A stretch of DNA of 64,000 bases from Azolla caroliniana (GCA_043228905.1 JBHGNT010000002.1:26164001-26228000); one strand, 5' to 3'. Counted from the stretch's first letter, positions 1 to 14,769 are shown. A program made the numbers and translations. Notes: generated by a model from the sequence alone, not told the origin.

Positions 1-1130
1 GTATACCGTCAAATGAATTGTAAGGTGTGCATACCGACAACATTCTTTAGAAGCAACTTGCCATTTAATAAATCTTTTGATCATTTTCCAAAACTTTATG
101 GCAAACAAGATTCTATAAAAAATAAAACTACTTCGTCATTCACTAAATCTTGGGATCAATTTGTTTTTTTAGAACCTTTGTTTGTAGAAAGCGACAATTC
201 TTCGCTAGCAAAAGGAGAAAGATAATGATGTGATTAGCTTTGCTCTCACAACTATGTATTTGATTATGCTCTTATGTGGCACATTCATTAAAACAAGGCA
301 AAGACGGTTGACGAATTGAATAATCATTAAACAAGAATCATCAAAGCTTACACAGAATAAACATTATATATATATATATAACGAAGAGGGTTAACGAGAT
401 TTATAATAATATGTTTGATTATTACAGATGAGTGCATGTGTAGGCACACAAAATTCTAGACATTTCCCCATGTGCAAAAGAGTCACCTTTCGCTCATGTC
501 TTGTTGTAGTGCCCAATATTATGAGGTTCAAAATGCGAGGTTGATCCACATATCTAGGCAGGTGCAATGAGGATGAGTTGGGGCTCAAATTATGTAACAC
601 ATCTATAGATGCAATTTCATGCATACCTAGGCAGGTTTAGTGTGCACATGCTATTGATGAGTAGATAGGAGACGACCACGATATGACCCTCCACGCCTCT
701 ACCTAGGTATGATTTTCCTCGCCTATATCAGCTCATAATGAGTAAATGAATAGCAATATACATTGTATTCAAGCAACCTTCCTCGAATCTAAATCTAAAT
801 CTATGTTTGAAACCTCTTTTGCATACTAAGAAACTAGGGTGATTTTAAGTAACGTGCATTCATGGATGCCCGACACTATCCTAAATAGTTGCCCAAATTC
901 CAGTTGAGAAGGAAACTTACATCAAATGGACTACAACTATCACACATTGCATGGCATTTGAAACCTTGATTACTCTTTGAATCTAAATACATCGTCTAGT
1001 TCAAATGTACTCAACAAGTATATGTTAGAAATGATTTCATATATATATATATATATATATATGGTACACAATTTCACCAATTCAATTAGAATTTTCCCCA
1101 TGTGTGTAAACTTTGTGTTAGGAGACTTAC

Positions 1131-1904
1131 AGCGTTGCGAACGACGAGAGATGGAAAAGCACCAGATTTGATGAGGTCAAGTGCGATTTCCATGCCTGAG
1201 TTTCCACACCCAACCACAAGCACCTTCTGGCCTTCATAACCTCGCGCATTCTTGTAGTGTTGCGAGTGGCAGACGTTTCCATTGAACTTGTGGAGGTTGG
1301 TAAGGGGGGGGAGGACAGCTTCCGCGTTCTCACCGGACGCAACAATGAGCCAATGCCCAGCATATTCTCGCACCTCATCTTCTGAGTCTAGTGGGTACTC
1401 ATCTAGGTTTGGATTCTTCTTGGTGTTGGCATTGGTGGTAGTGGTGGCCATGTTGTTGTGATTATCGACATTGAAGAGTTTGCTAGGGCGAATTCTACGC
1501 CGAATGGTTTGAACACGCCAAAGGCCAATGCGGTCATCAAACCTGGCAGATGTGACACGTTCATTGAAACGAGGACGTAGGTTGAAATGGGTGGCATAGC
1601 TGGTCAGGTAGTCTACGAATTGGGCCGCAGACAAGTAAGTGGGGAAGTGAGGTGGGATGGGCAGGTGTGGAAGCTCACAAAAGGTTTTGGGCAGGTGCAG
1701 GTGGATGCGATCATAGGTGTGGTGTCTCCAGAGGGAGGCGATACCGTCTGATCTTTCGAGGATGAGGCTAGGGATGTTTAGGAGGCGTAGGGATGCGGCT
1801 ACCGCGAGGCCTGAGGGACCTGCACCCACGATAATGGGCCCACTCGCAAAACATAGGGAATTCATTGGCTCCTCATCCCCCCATAAGTCAAAGGCCTTCA
1901 TCAT
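1131..1904 (-). CDS. YUC: YUCCA-family flavin monooxygenase (indole-3-pyruvate monooxygenase), exon 1; later exons lie beyond the window start
   Basis: FAD motif GAGPSG, TYDRIHLHLPK, ASGENA, FMO motif FNGNVCHSQHYK and NADPH motif GCGNSG. Homology stops at VVRNA, followed by a GTAAGT donor (1130-1125) at the usual YUCCA intron position. Confidence 0.95.
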
Positions 1905-4154
1905 TCAATTCAATCTTCAATCTTCTCTCTCTCCCACTCTCTCTCTCTCTCTCTCTCTTTCAATCTTCTCACCCAATCATTAAATTCTATGTATTCTATA
2001 ATTTTCTTACCATAAATTGTACTATGTATATATATGTATAAGTATTTATTTGCTTATATATTATTATGCCTTCTTTCTAAAGAATAAATAAATAAATTAT
2101 ATATAAACAATCTCACCTCCTCCCAAACCTAAGTAAATATTTTTAGCTATTTCAATAAATACGAAAATTCAGAACCCTATTTGTTTTTAAAACTTAAAAC
2201 CCTAATTTGTGCTCAAACCTGCAACCCTAATTAGCACCACTTCTTCTTGCTTAATCACTTCTACTAATCAACCTTTGTCTTAATCACCTCTTCTTCTTCC
2301 TTAATCCCCTCTAGAGATTACCTCCTATTTTTCTTGCTTCTTCACCTCCACTACTTAACCTTCAAGTCATTAATCACCCAATGAATCAAATCAAATCCAA
2401 TATATATATTGAACCCTTCTAATTCAATTCAATCCAATGCAATTCAACAGCCACTACTATTTTCTAGTACAACAGAATGAAGTAGTATAATAGAATAGAA
2501 TAGACTAGAAAGGATTGATCATTAACACAATTAGTTGCGATCTAATGAAGAACCTGCTGATGATTGGGCATAATACTCTACAACTTATTTCCTCCCCAAA
2601 CCCAATCCAATCTCCCGATCAACTGTTTTTAGTATACACTAAAAAATAATCTCCCCTTTCTTTTCTCATACATGGAAAGCTATAGATATGACTATAGCTA
2701 TAGCTATATATAGGGCCCTGTTCATTGAATTCTTAAGTATTAATTTGACTGCGGCTGCTGCCTCCTAATATAAATAAGAATGAATATATTGACTTCTTAC
2801 TCCTCCATACTTTCTTAAATCCTTAATTTGGCATGCTATTAATTAAGTACTATATAGTATTTCCATGTCCACATCCTTTAACAACTTCCTCTTGTCTATG
2901 TGTGTGTGTGTGTGTTTGAGAGAGTAAAATATGTATTTGTAAGTTTAATTAATTGATTGATTACCAGCCTGCATGAGAGAGAGAGAGAGAGAGAGAGGAG
3001 ATGAACCTATATACTATAGGTGATGTGTTCAAATGTGGAAATGGGCTAGTAATAGTAGTGGTTATATGATTCATGAATATATTATGTGAATTGTGTGTGT
3101 GAAATAGAAGGATCATGATGAAAGAGAGAGTCTATGTATTTGACACATAATAATGTAAAGGGGGAGGGGGGGGGATGAATGATATTACTTGCTATGCTTT
3201 ACACCAATGAATGGGGAAGAATCTCTCTATATAAAGTCTACCCTACCATGTGTGTCTGCATGGTAAGAGTGCATTGCTCAAACCAAGTGCAATGTGTGTG
3301 TATCTTTATATAGATAAAAACACACACATGGTGTGTGTGTGTGTGTATGGGTGGATGTGCACGTGGATGTGCATTGAAGTTGATGATAGTTCGGGCCCCC
3401 AAACCGCATGATTTCCTTACAAACCGCCCCAACTCAACTGTTGCCTGTCATGGGTGCTACCTTAAATTCTCCCCCCTTTGCGTTACGTACATTTCCTTGT
3501 TCGCATGTCGAGACATGATATACTACCTCAAATATGCCAAGAGTGCATGTGTTGTTTGTGTATACCAGTGCTAATGACGTGCAAACTTCTTGGGTATGAG
3601 CTAAGACCGCGTGAGTGCGAGATGAGAAATGATTGATCTTCTATAAGAACATGGAGTCGTGCATGGAAACTTCATAGATCATCGAGGCCTAAGGAGATCG
3701 ATGAGTCAAGACCAAGCCATGGCTAGGATCAAACTTGGGTTCTCTCAAATTTATGACATTGATATTATGATGTAGAGAGAGAGGTATTAGAAATGTCCAA
3801 GGAATCGAATGTGATCTATTGGGTCATTAGCTAGTTATGTGATAATCGAATTGGATTCTCTTTATTATACCTATTGACTTTAGAATTAGGTGATAGAGTG
3901 CTTTGGTTACATTGTATGTACAATTAATATACACGAGAGAGAGAGAGAGAGAGAGAGAGAGTTAGGGAGAGAGATGGTAACGATGATATTCTAACATCTT
4001 TGAAATATTAGAATTATAACATTATAGGGCCCAACAATAATGTCACAAGATAGTCCCCTGCCATTGGCCACACACGACTCATACTTTCTTAATATAAATG
4101 TTATGCCTAAGTAGAGAACACACGTATACACCTAATAGACATGGGTTGTTGCAC

Positions 4155-4726
4155 CAAGACAACCCAAAGTATTGGCATATGATTCCATATACACCAAGAG
4201 ACTCGACATTTAAGCACTCAATGAACATGATTCTCAAAAGACTGAGTGCGAAGAGAGATGGTGAAAATGATCCTCAAAAGACTTAGAGAGAAGAAACACA
4301 CACATTCTCTCTCTCTCTCTCAATTGACTAGTTGCCTATGCATATTTTGCCTTGAACTAGGTTGGGAGTCAAACTATCACACTTTGGTACAACGTGTTGC
4401 ATTTGACGACATTTGAGCTTGTTTTCTACACATTCTTTTCACAATCATAATGTAAACTCTTACTTGCAATGTCCTTCATAAATTGCCACTTGATCCCATG
4501 CATATTATGTATTTAAACATTTACACAATTCCTCCCATTGTTAATCGTTGCATGACTCTCATAACTACCCATGCTCAAGGATTTCACTAATGAACATTGT
4601 TATTGAGAGTGTACATTTTGATTGTAAGAAGAATGTGTAGAAAACAAACTCGAATGTGGTTGAATGCAACACATCGCATCAAAGTATGATAGTTTGAGAA
4701 AATGATATATTAATGTTTTCTAAGAC

Positions 4727-4777
<51 letters not shown>

Positions 4778-4944
4778 TGTGTGTGTGTGTGTGTGTTCGT
4801 GTGTTTCTTCCCACTTGGTTTTGAGGATTATATTCACTATCTCTCTTTGCACTCAATCTTCTGTGGATCGTATTCATCGAGTACTTAAACGTCGAGTCAC
4901 TTGGTACATTTGGACTCATATGTGGACCCTTTGGGCTATTTTGC
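4155..4944. repeat. Nested long inverted repeats (fold-back/MITE-like): outer arms ~4155-4320 and ~4735-4944, inner arms ~4369-4460 and ~4605-4697
   Basis: Reverse complements align by eye, e.g. GACTCGACATTTAAGCACTC with GAGTACTTAAACGTCGAGTC, and TCAAACTATCA with TGATAGTTTGA. Confidence 0.85.
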
Positions 4945-7077
4945 TACTTCCTCCTTTTTCGTTACCTTCAAGCTACCTCATTGTTATCTTCAAAAACATT
5001 TGGTATGTGTTTGATTTCTTTCATTATTAGAGATTGTGGCCTAATTGGCAAGCGAACAATACATAATGATTTTCTTTTTATCAGAAACATGGTAATGTGA
5101 ATTATGTCCATTGCCTTTGAGAGTAACAATCCTCCACCTTGTTTGGTTATAGTCAATTTGCACATGAAGAAGCACTTGAATACAAAATGATTGTACATGC
5201 ACCTAGGGGTTCTTTAACCACATGTAATGTTAGACTCCAATGGTCACATTATCCCTCATTGAAACATCCTAGAGTTTTATTTTAATATAATACAAAAGAA
5301 ATTATCTGTTTTCTATAATCAACAAAAGGTCATTACGACAAAAAAAAATAAAAATAAACTATGGTTAGTTTGAAAAGAATGTATAGTAACCTAGCCCAAA
5401 CAACTAGAGAATATAGTACTATCTCCCAAACAAAGAGTCTATGGAGCTCACAAGTGAGGTCACCTCATAGTAAGGTTGAAGATTGCATCTACAATTCAAG
5501 GGAATATAGAAATATAATGAGAACTAAGCTGTTAATGTTCATTGATTGTTGCATGGTATAGGCTCCATAGGTTCATGGACAAGAATAGGCCATAGTTTTT
5601 AACCTCTGTAGGTTCATGGACAAGAATAGGCCAGTCCCTATGTGTAACTTTTGAGGAACTTAATAACACTTTTGTGCTTTATTTCCTAACAAACGCAAAA
5701 ATACACAATACTCAACAAGGTTTTTATGACTTGTAAGAGACTCTCATTCCTCCTATTAAGCCCAAAGTTTTGGAAGAGCTTTATTTAACATATAAAATAC
5801 TTTCCATTCTCATGTTTTATTGGTGATAGATAGAAGGATACAACTGCCTAAGATTGGTTAATATGACTTATCATTGATGAACATGTGGAGGAAAGTGTCG
5901 CAACCTGTTGATGTGGCGAATTTCTCATAACAAATAAACCCCTCCACTCTTGTGTTTCCTTTTAAGTCTTGAAATGCTTTGTTTGAAAGAGAGGAATCGT
6001 CTTAATCACATTTTTAAATAATGGGGCATACGGGCATCCCTACTATATTAATATCCCCGTATAGGTCCTCACACTCAAGGTGCCACAAACGGTAGTTAGA
6101 CCCCCATTAAGGGAAAACGAGCCCTTCTTCAAAACACACCTTTGTATTAAGAAATATCCCTATTCTGAAACATATTTTTTTCTAGGTATCATATGAATAA
6201 TATTTCGTGTGTCTTTCTTTATTGTTTAGTTGAAATATTATATATATATTTATATTATGTACCATTGTTAGGTATTGTCGTTATCGAGGTTAGAATGTGG
6301 TGTATCACTTTCGATTGTAAAATTTGAATCTTTGACCTTTGACAACCATGAGCACATGCACACCAAAGTTTTGTTTATGTCATCCTACGTGTGTGGAGCA
6401 CATAAACATAATTTGTGTATGTTCAGGGGAAACTCAAAAGGCGTGAATGAGATCTCGATAACGAGGTTGATTATTTCAAATGGAGAAACATTGATACCAT
6501 ACTACTTAACTAGAAAAGGTTAGTGACGAGAATTAGATTATTTAAAGATGTCGTAGACTTGATCTCCAGCCAAGAATGATTATTGTAAACATCAAGGATT
6601 CCTCGTCATTTCTCCATCCTTATTATTGTATTAAATGAACACCCTTTTGGATTAGAGCTTATAACCTACCAAACTGTTTCTCTTATCGTTACTACTTTTA
6701 CTTGAAAGTCAATGGGACCTTTATTAATTCCTACCAAAGACTTTAGTTCTTCTTCTTGCCTTTACATGACAATCACTCTGACTTGTATTATTTATCATAA
6801 TTAAAACTTGATTTCTTTTCAAACATTCCCATTTCCAATTTCCAATTAGATTTCATTAAGATTTCGTCTTAGATTTCCAATCTCCTCTTTCTTTATTCTT
6901 GTACCTCAGTATGCCTTTATTGATCCACAACTGAAGGTCGAAAGACACCTATGTCACCATAATGTTAGACGACCCAACTATGATACGTAGAAGTTAAGCA
7001 CATGACCTTCTTATCTTCACTTAATCATTAACATTTAGGGGTGCTCGCTCGCTCTCTCTCTCTCTCTCTTGTAAGTA

Positions 7078-7155
7078 CCTTATCCTAGTGGTAAGTTGTT
7101 AACACTACAAGCATTGCATCGTGGGTTCGAAACCCAAACTCCTCACCTCTCTATT
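7078..7155 (+). mobile_element. tRNA-derived SINE-like element (family shared with 61028-61105)
   Basis: A-box-like CCTAGTGGTAAG and B box GGGTTCGAAACCC. A related copy lies at 61028-61105; both follow a (CT)n tract and end in CTCTATT. Confidence 0.6.
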
Positions 7156-7182
7156 ATATACTTCATATACTAGATGCCATTG

Positions 7183-7262
7183 TGGAATGTAGGGGTTGAA
7201 CCCATGACCACCTGCACCTGGTCTCCATTCCATTGGGCAACCTTACCAACTGAGCTACATCC
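7183..7262 (-). mobile_element. tRNA-derived SINE-like element or tRNA pseudogene
   Basis: Minus strand reads GGATGTAGCTCAGTTGGTAAGG...GGTCATGGGTTCAACCCCTACATTCCA. It has an A box, a B box and acceptor-stem-like ends, but no canonical anticodon arm. Confidence 0.65.
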
Positions 7263-7266
7263 ATCT

Positions 7267-7327
<61 letters not shown>

Positions 7328-7908
7328 ACCTAACTAGAAAACCATGTTTGCACCTAACTAGAAAACCATGTGCTTCATAGAACAAGGGAACCACACAAAT
7401 CAATACATGTTAGAGTCCATCCCATTGTTTGTTGTCCAATCCATTGCTTCCATCCTCACTATGATGTGAGGCAAAGTGTTGGGGTACAAGTGATGGAGTA
7501 ACTAACTACGCACAATTTGCCCTAAATAAGTTTAGGAGTCTGAGTATCACATTTATACATTATTGTGACATTGATCACATCTGACTATGCTTTCCACACA
7601 TGTTTGCACAAATTTCTCTCATAGTCACATTTTTTTTTTCTAAAAAAAGATACTACGTAAGTATTAAGAAGCTCCCTAAGGCTATACATAAAATATGTAC
7701 CCCCTTTGCTAAATTCTAATCCCATGCTTAAATAAGTACTTCAGTGTAGAGTAGAACCACTATCAGAGTCACATATCGCACTCTCGATTGCGACATTCAT
7801 TAGTACAGTTCTTGGACATCAAGAGTCGTTGCTCACATTCACATGTATTACGTGAAAATATTATATTCTTGGTCTAATAGGTTGTATTTGACCTTTACAA
7901 AAGATAAT

Positions 7909-8016
<108 letters not shown>

Positions 8017-11000
8017 TGACCTTGTTAACTCCTTACCCACTTAAACCCTCATGGGAACCCCAAGGTGGTTTATATACATGACTTTCCCAAACAACATATA
8101 ATAATAACATCATGATGCACACAAATGTGGTATCGAAGTTCAACATTCTTAAATGAATATTTAAGGTTAATGGGACGTGTAAGTACGTTCATTGTTCTCG
8201 CAAAGTTTGATGGGACCATCACAAACCTACAAGTGGAAGGGTTGTGGGTTCTACATTCGAGAGTGTTAGATTTCAATGCTCAAATTAAAGTAGACGAAAT
8301 AGGTTGGAATGTACTTCCAAGTGTGTAATAAAAGGGCACAAAAGTAGAAGATTGCATGTCAAATAATTAAAGCCTCATTAAAGAATTCTTCGTTGGAGGG
8401 ATTAATTTAGATGGCAAAGTAAGAAGAGAGATTATTAATGTTTTGGCAAAAACAACTTCGTAAAGACATTAGAACAAAATATATGTCCACACCACTCTAT
8501 TAAGGGTGTTTTACATATGAAATATCAACTTGATAGTTGTTTTTTATAGCAAAGCCAATCAATATATCTTAGCTCATGAGAATTGATTTGATATGTGAGT
8601 GCTACAATGCTACTAATTGTTTGTACCCAGTATTGTATTTCTTAAACTCTTCATGTTTTTCAATTTGAAAGAGCATGGACACTAATCATTTGAGAAACAG
8701 ATTAGTAATTATCATAAGAATTTCTCTTTCCAAAGCTTGATTGGTTGAACTTTAAAATGACATTACCTTCTTATTAAGGCAAGCCCCTAATAAAACCTTC
8801 GTAGTTATGCTAAGAGAGTTGTCGACGTCCATATTTTAGCAAACTATGGAGAAGCTGCATAATGTCAAACATCATAAGATGTACGAGTGAAGGCAAATAT
8901 GGATAATTCCAATCATCAGAAGATGTAAAAATAATGGCACCGAAAAATAATGGCTATAACATGTATGGATAATAGTCCTAGACAAGTGGCAACGATTGTA
9001 AATTCAATACGCGGAGGTCCTCAAGAAAGACACTGTAAACAATATTCTTGATACTTAAGCTACATTTCAACCACCTTTATCATTTCAAGTATTCTTAAAC
9101 ATTCCATCCACATTTATTATTTAAAGTTTGTAAGCATTCCCTCCTTAAGACCTAGTCAAAATGAACATATTACAAAATGATTATTGACATAACACACACC
9201 AAAATAAATTAACAAATATAATTCGCGTAGGTTTTGTACTGGGTCAAATCAAATCAACTGCTTGTTCTTGTTGTGATGCCAAGATAACATATCAACAAGA
9301 TTTATTCTAAAGTTTAATCAACTAATTTCCATCCATAGTACACAAACAAATGAACGCGTGGAAATTTCACATAATACACCAAAGTGATTTAATGAATATA
9401 ATTAGGATGACTTTCATTCTAGGTTCAATCATCTTTGGTGTGATATTGTTTAAGTTGTTTGTTAGTTATTACGTAGATTCACATTGTCACGCTCATCCTA
9501 TTCTATGAGATCATGATAAATCTCATAGAGTTGTTGGCCTTCATAAAGGTGCCACGTTCTATTATTTATAATGACTACAAAAGATTATAAAGCGTTGGCT
9601 TATGATTGTCCTACAAGCACATTAACAATGCAAGTTTTATTGTTATTTATAATGACATATAACTTTAGAAGATTACGAGGAACCAACTGTCAAATTTAAC
9701 ATAGTAGAAGTGATGCCCTCTTCTTTCAATCCTATTTCGAATCATATTTTTGTAATTAAGTCACCAATTCGGGATCCCAAATTACTTCTTTAAAGTGTTG
9801 TTTTCACATACAGTGAGAATTTGGATATTGAAAGAATGTGGTGTGCACAATGGAAAAGCAAACTTTTAGCAATTAACAAATCAAAGGAAACTGATACCGA
9901 TTACAACTAATATTAATAATAATGGAATGAGATAAAGGCTTGTGCAATAATGGTATAAACATTATTTGGCAGAGGAATATTTAAACATAACACGTGGGTT
10001 CGATGAAAGGGAAATTTTAAACCATTTTTGAAGGGGTACTTACTCATTGATTGAACTGAGAAAGGATGTGTGTTTATACATAGAAAATATGAAGATAAGG
10101 ATTATGCAATAGCCCTAAGACACATGTGATGTAAGGGTATGTATTTATGTATAACACACATACATACATGCATAGCCATCTAACACTCACTAGTTTTAGG
10201 AGCACAAAACATAGATTCACTTGCATCTATAATGCATGACATGATCATGAAGGGACATAACATTTATGCACATGAACAAACTCTTGGACCTCTGTTGCAC
10301 TATTAACGAATTAGAGGTTCATGGAATAGATGATAATGAAAGAATTATATGACACAAACAAAGAGGAAATCCTTGACCTTCTTGCAAATTAGATTTGTGA
10401 GAGCATGTCTTGATTAGTTTTCTAGCAATATTGCACCAATTGAGTCTCAAAAGCTTCTTCAATTGATTCTCAAAATGCCAAAGATTAGGTCCTCATCATT
10501 TCTTATTATATTTCTTTGTATTTTACGGACATAAACAGAGGAACCAATTAGGTTAATTAATGGTTTAAGGGTCGGATGAGTTCAAAATTGACCATCATAG
10601 GACTTAGGACAGACCCACAGACTTGTGAAATGTGGGAGTACAAGGTTGCCTAGGAGCCTAAAGAGTTTAGCTATATAATGAGGCCTAGCTACCTATATTA
10701 GTGAGGTAAAGCTTTCATTATCAGGATTATCATTCATCTAAACTTGTAACGTATAATGTAAGATCATATTTAGTGGTATGGAACCATAATGGGGTTACAT
10801 TTCATCTTTTATCCTTTGCTTGGAGTTGGCTAGAATCATCAAGTCCCTTAAGCATAATTTCCCTTGATCTTTTTGTTTATCGTTATCATTAGTAATCAAA
10901 TTTTAATATCACCGGTCCATATGCATAACCTTGAAATAACAAATGCCTAGCATGCTCCAAATTTTTATAAGAGTATCAAACAATTTTTATATCAACTCAA

Positions 11001-12585
11001 GATATTGAAGGAACAATATTCATATATAAGAGTATCAAACAATTTTTCCTATGTATATGATTGTAATGGTATAAACCAAGTATCAATCCTTCATGGTTTT
11101 CAAAATCCATCAACATGTCGTTACTTGTACTCTTCATATATTATATGTTAATCCACATCAACGTCAACAAAGTTCCATTCCCATGCGACAACAATAATCT
11201 TCAACAAAATTTGGGATTATAACACATTAGCAAGTTCTTCAGCGCCATCAAAATAAAAATGCATATGTCTTGTAAACATGACCTAGTCATATGCTATGAA
11301 AATGCATGCCTTAGTGATGTGGCAACTAGGTGCCACCATTAGATTGAATATATTAGTAGTTTTATTGAGCATGTACATGTGATAGGATAGTTATCTCTAG
11401 GTTTTTGAAGTATGGTTTTGTGACCGAGGAAATAATCGAGTGGATGGTTTTACATGGAGCTATGGATGCTTGTTCATTATTATCATAATGTTGGGATTTC
11501 TATTTATTAATTAGATTAATCTTATTGTTGATGACAACATTTGTCTAAGATTGACAACATAAAAACGTTAAAGATACCTACATAGATCAAAAGAACATTC
11601 TAAATCCTAATTAGTTTATAATGTTTATCGGTCTTTAAAAGTGTTTGCATCGGATGAAGTCTCATACTGTATCAAATTTATGTTTGGATGTATATATTTG
11701 TTCAAATTGTGGAAGATGTTTAAGGTCAAGGTCACCTTTATGATTATAAAAGAGCCCCATCAAAGTCTTGAAAGATAAACTTTATTTTGAGGATAATATA
11801 AACTCTATTCCTTGTAATTAAATAAATATACCATATTATCGATATGCATACCCCCATATAAAAAAAAGGTTATGACTCAAATATCTAAAGTTCCTCTTTT
11901 TGCAAAAAAAGTGAGAGGTTAAATATGCAAGTTTTTACCAATAATGTTTTGAGAGCTTGTTGCAGAGAATTAGGGAGCATGTTTATTGATCATGCTCATA
12001 AGATCAAGCTATTAATCAACCTCATTATGTAGGGCATTTTAAGCTCATTAACAATTATTAATCAAGACTATAATAAGTTGTCACTCATCCATAACTTCTT
12101 GCAAAGATGACTTTGTTCCATTAAAATCATAAGCTTTTGTAAAAAGTAAAACACTGTATTTGGATTCCTTGTTTTTGGGAAAAGTGAAAAATAACAAGGG
12201 GTAGACTTGAGATTACACCATATGGATTAGACATGACGTGCGTTTTTTATACTACCCCTTAATTAGATAGTAAAGTGTTCACTCCCAAATGTTGGTACGT
12301 CTATTACAAAACAAAATCTTAAGGCTCTTTGACATGATTGAAAAATATCAGAATACGTTGTTTTTCGAGCATTCGATTCAAAACGTGTTTTCGATAAAAG
12401 GAACTCGAAAAGCTTTCCCAAATGAGGAAGGTGATGAAATTTAGGAGTTGGCATTGAGAACTCATTTTAACCCAATGTTATATGAAAATTTCATAGTTGC
12501 AGAAATACACAATATCCTTTGGCTATACATTCGAATCTTGTGACATCTTCTCTCTCATTTTCTTTAATCGACTTTGTCTATTAGT

Positions 12586-13061
12586 TTTTTTTACTTAATT
12601 ATGCGATTACCCATAAATTTTTTGTGTATATCAATACAAATGAACGATTCCCATCTTTGGAGAAACCCTTTGGCAATTGGTTCATCAACTCAAGGTGCTT
12701 GGAACATTAGAGAGAAACATATCAACGTAAGAAAACATTGCATATTGTTCTATCGAAGTTTGTTCTACATGTGTAGCCTTGAGCCCGCCACAACCAACGT
12801 CTATCATAATTACTGACATGGTTTAATTTTTTTACTTAATTATGAGACAAACCATAAATTTATTGCATATATGAATCCAAATGAAGAATTTCCATCTTTG
12901 GAAAAACCTTTTGGCCATTTGTCATCAACTCAAGGTACTTGGAACTTTAGAGAGAAACATATAAATATAAGAAAACATTGCGTATTGTTTTATAGGTGTT
13001 TGTTCTACATGTGTAGCCTTGAGCCCGCCACAACCAACATCCGTCATAATTATGTACTGAC
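12586..13061. repeat. Diverged tandem duplication, ~240-bp unit x2
   Basis: TTTTTTACTTAATTATG...GAGCCCGCCACAACCAAC occurs twice, starting at ~12586 and ~12827. Confidence 0.9.
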
Positions 13062-14733
13062 ACATTTAGAATAGCCAAAGTGTCATCTTCAATTTTACTA
13101 TATATTGAAAGTTGTGGGCAATAATTACTTTTCATCACCAAAATCATTGTGTGAAATCATTATGGTTGGAGTCGAATCATCGTGCATTACACGTATCCCT
13201 TACTTTTACTTGCACTTGTTAAAGTTTTGTCCATTGCTTGAATGTTCACGCAAAAGATTACACTTACAAAAACAAAAACAAGTACACAATCATAAGAGAC
13301 ATCATCACATGCCCAAATATGCAATCTTATGATCGACCAATAAGCACATTTATGAGCACAATGAGAAACACATTGGACCATACCCCAGGTCCTTCATTAG
13401 GATATATATAAATACCAACACAATACTACGTTTACATCCAGTCATAAAACATGGACATATGAAATCTTTGAAGTTTAAGCAACCCATATTTGTACGGGAA
13501 TATGGAGTGACATCTATGTTTAATGATGGCTTATACGAATAGTTATGGCCCACGGGCAAAGTTTATGTTTCTAATTCTGACACCACTTCCTCCTTTTCTC
13601 AAGAAGCATATATAATTGCCATAAAATGAGAAGAAATCATTGTCCCAAGTTGGTGAAGGTTTTAAAAAGGATTCGTATTTAGATTGTAATAGATAATAGG
13701 GATTATAAAATATGTAGGCTTTAGGCTCCCAAGAAAAGACTATATCTTAACTTTGATATAATAGAATATATTTTGATGTCTATAGGAGAATTGAAAATGA
13801 TTGTTCTAACCTAAAACGTGACAATATTATTTCTCTTTGAAGTTTTTCGCCAAAATGAGTTATTCTTTACGAATAATTATCGTGGCATCGGATCATCCGA
13901 CATTCATGTAGGAAAACGGTTTATAGTTAGCAACAAGGTTGTGGAGCCATATTAACAATTGAACTATGATTTCTACTTTCTAAGCCTCAATAAATGAAAA
14001 GGTGAACCAATCATATATGAATTTGTGCTAATTATACCAAACTGAAAGCTTAGATCGTAAAGTCATTATTGTCGAATGAAGAAACCAATCATTCCGTAGA
14101 TAGCTGCATAGAAACCATCATTGATAATTGTGAAGAAAACTATATATGATGAACAATATGAAGTGACGTACATTACATGCACGAGTGATTGGATGTTTAA
14201 TTGATTTTTGGTCCTACTACTTTAAATCTTTCCCTAGTAACAAGACATGGATGAAATAAAACAACATACTTTGATTAAATCAATGTAGGTGTGATTTGCG
14301 AGGCAACAAGTGTTCTATAGTCATGATTAGAGCTTGGGGATGTTAAAAAGAATGATGTTTGTGACTTGGGGCAAGAGAAGGTTCAAGGAAAGGTGAAACC
14401 TGTAAGGGAAAGTGGAAGCTACACTGACTAAATAGTTGAGACCTAGTTGAGGTATTAATTTGAAGGCATTATCGTTAATATTTAATACTATTGAATCATT
14501 GCGCGCCAACTCAACATCATATCAACGAATCTTATCACCGTCTATATATCCATTTAAAGTATTGAAGAAAGCCGGTAGGATTTCTATTATTGTATGAGCC
14601 ATGGAGAATTATAGGCCTATACATGTGGTTTGAATGCAATGTGTGTTACATGATAGAGAGAGGTGTATTATTGGCTTCATGTTACATGTAGATATGAACT
14701 TTGAAGGCAACATAGGCCTTCTACGTAGGCCTT

Positions 14734-14766
<33 letters not shown>

Positions 14767-14769
<3 letters not shown>

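Noticed and set aside
1-1085. YUCCA exon 2
   Set aside because: No VHVLPRE- or GKTPVLD-like coding sequence found; the region appears intronic.
7183-7262. Functional tRNA gene
   Set aside because: No canonical anticodon stem-loop and a degenerate T loop; treated as a tRNA-derived repeat.
8050-14500. Possible decayed transposon coding remnants in the AT-rich intergenic stretch
   Set aside because: No recognisable motifs or termini could be supported by eye.
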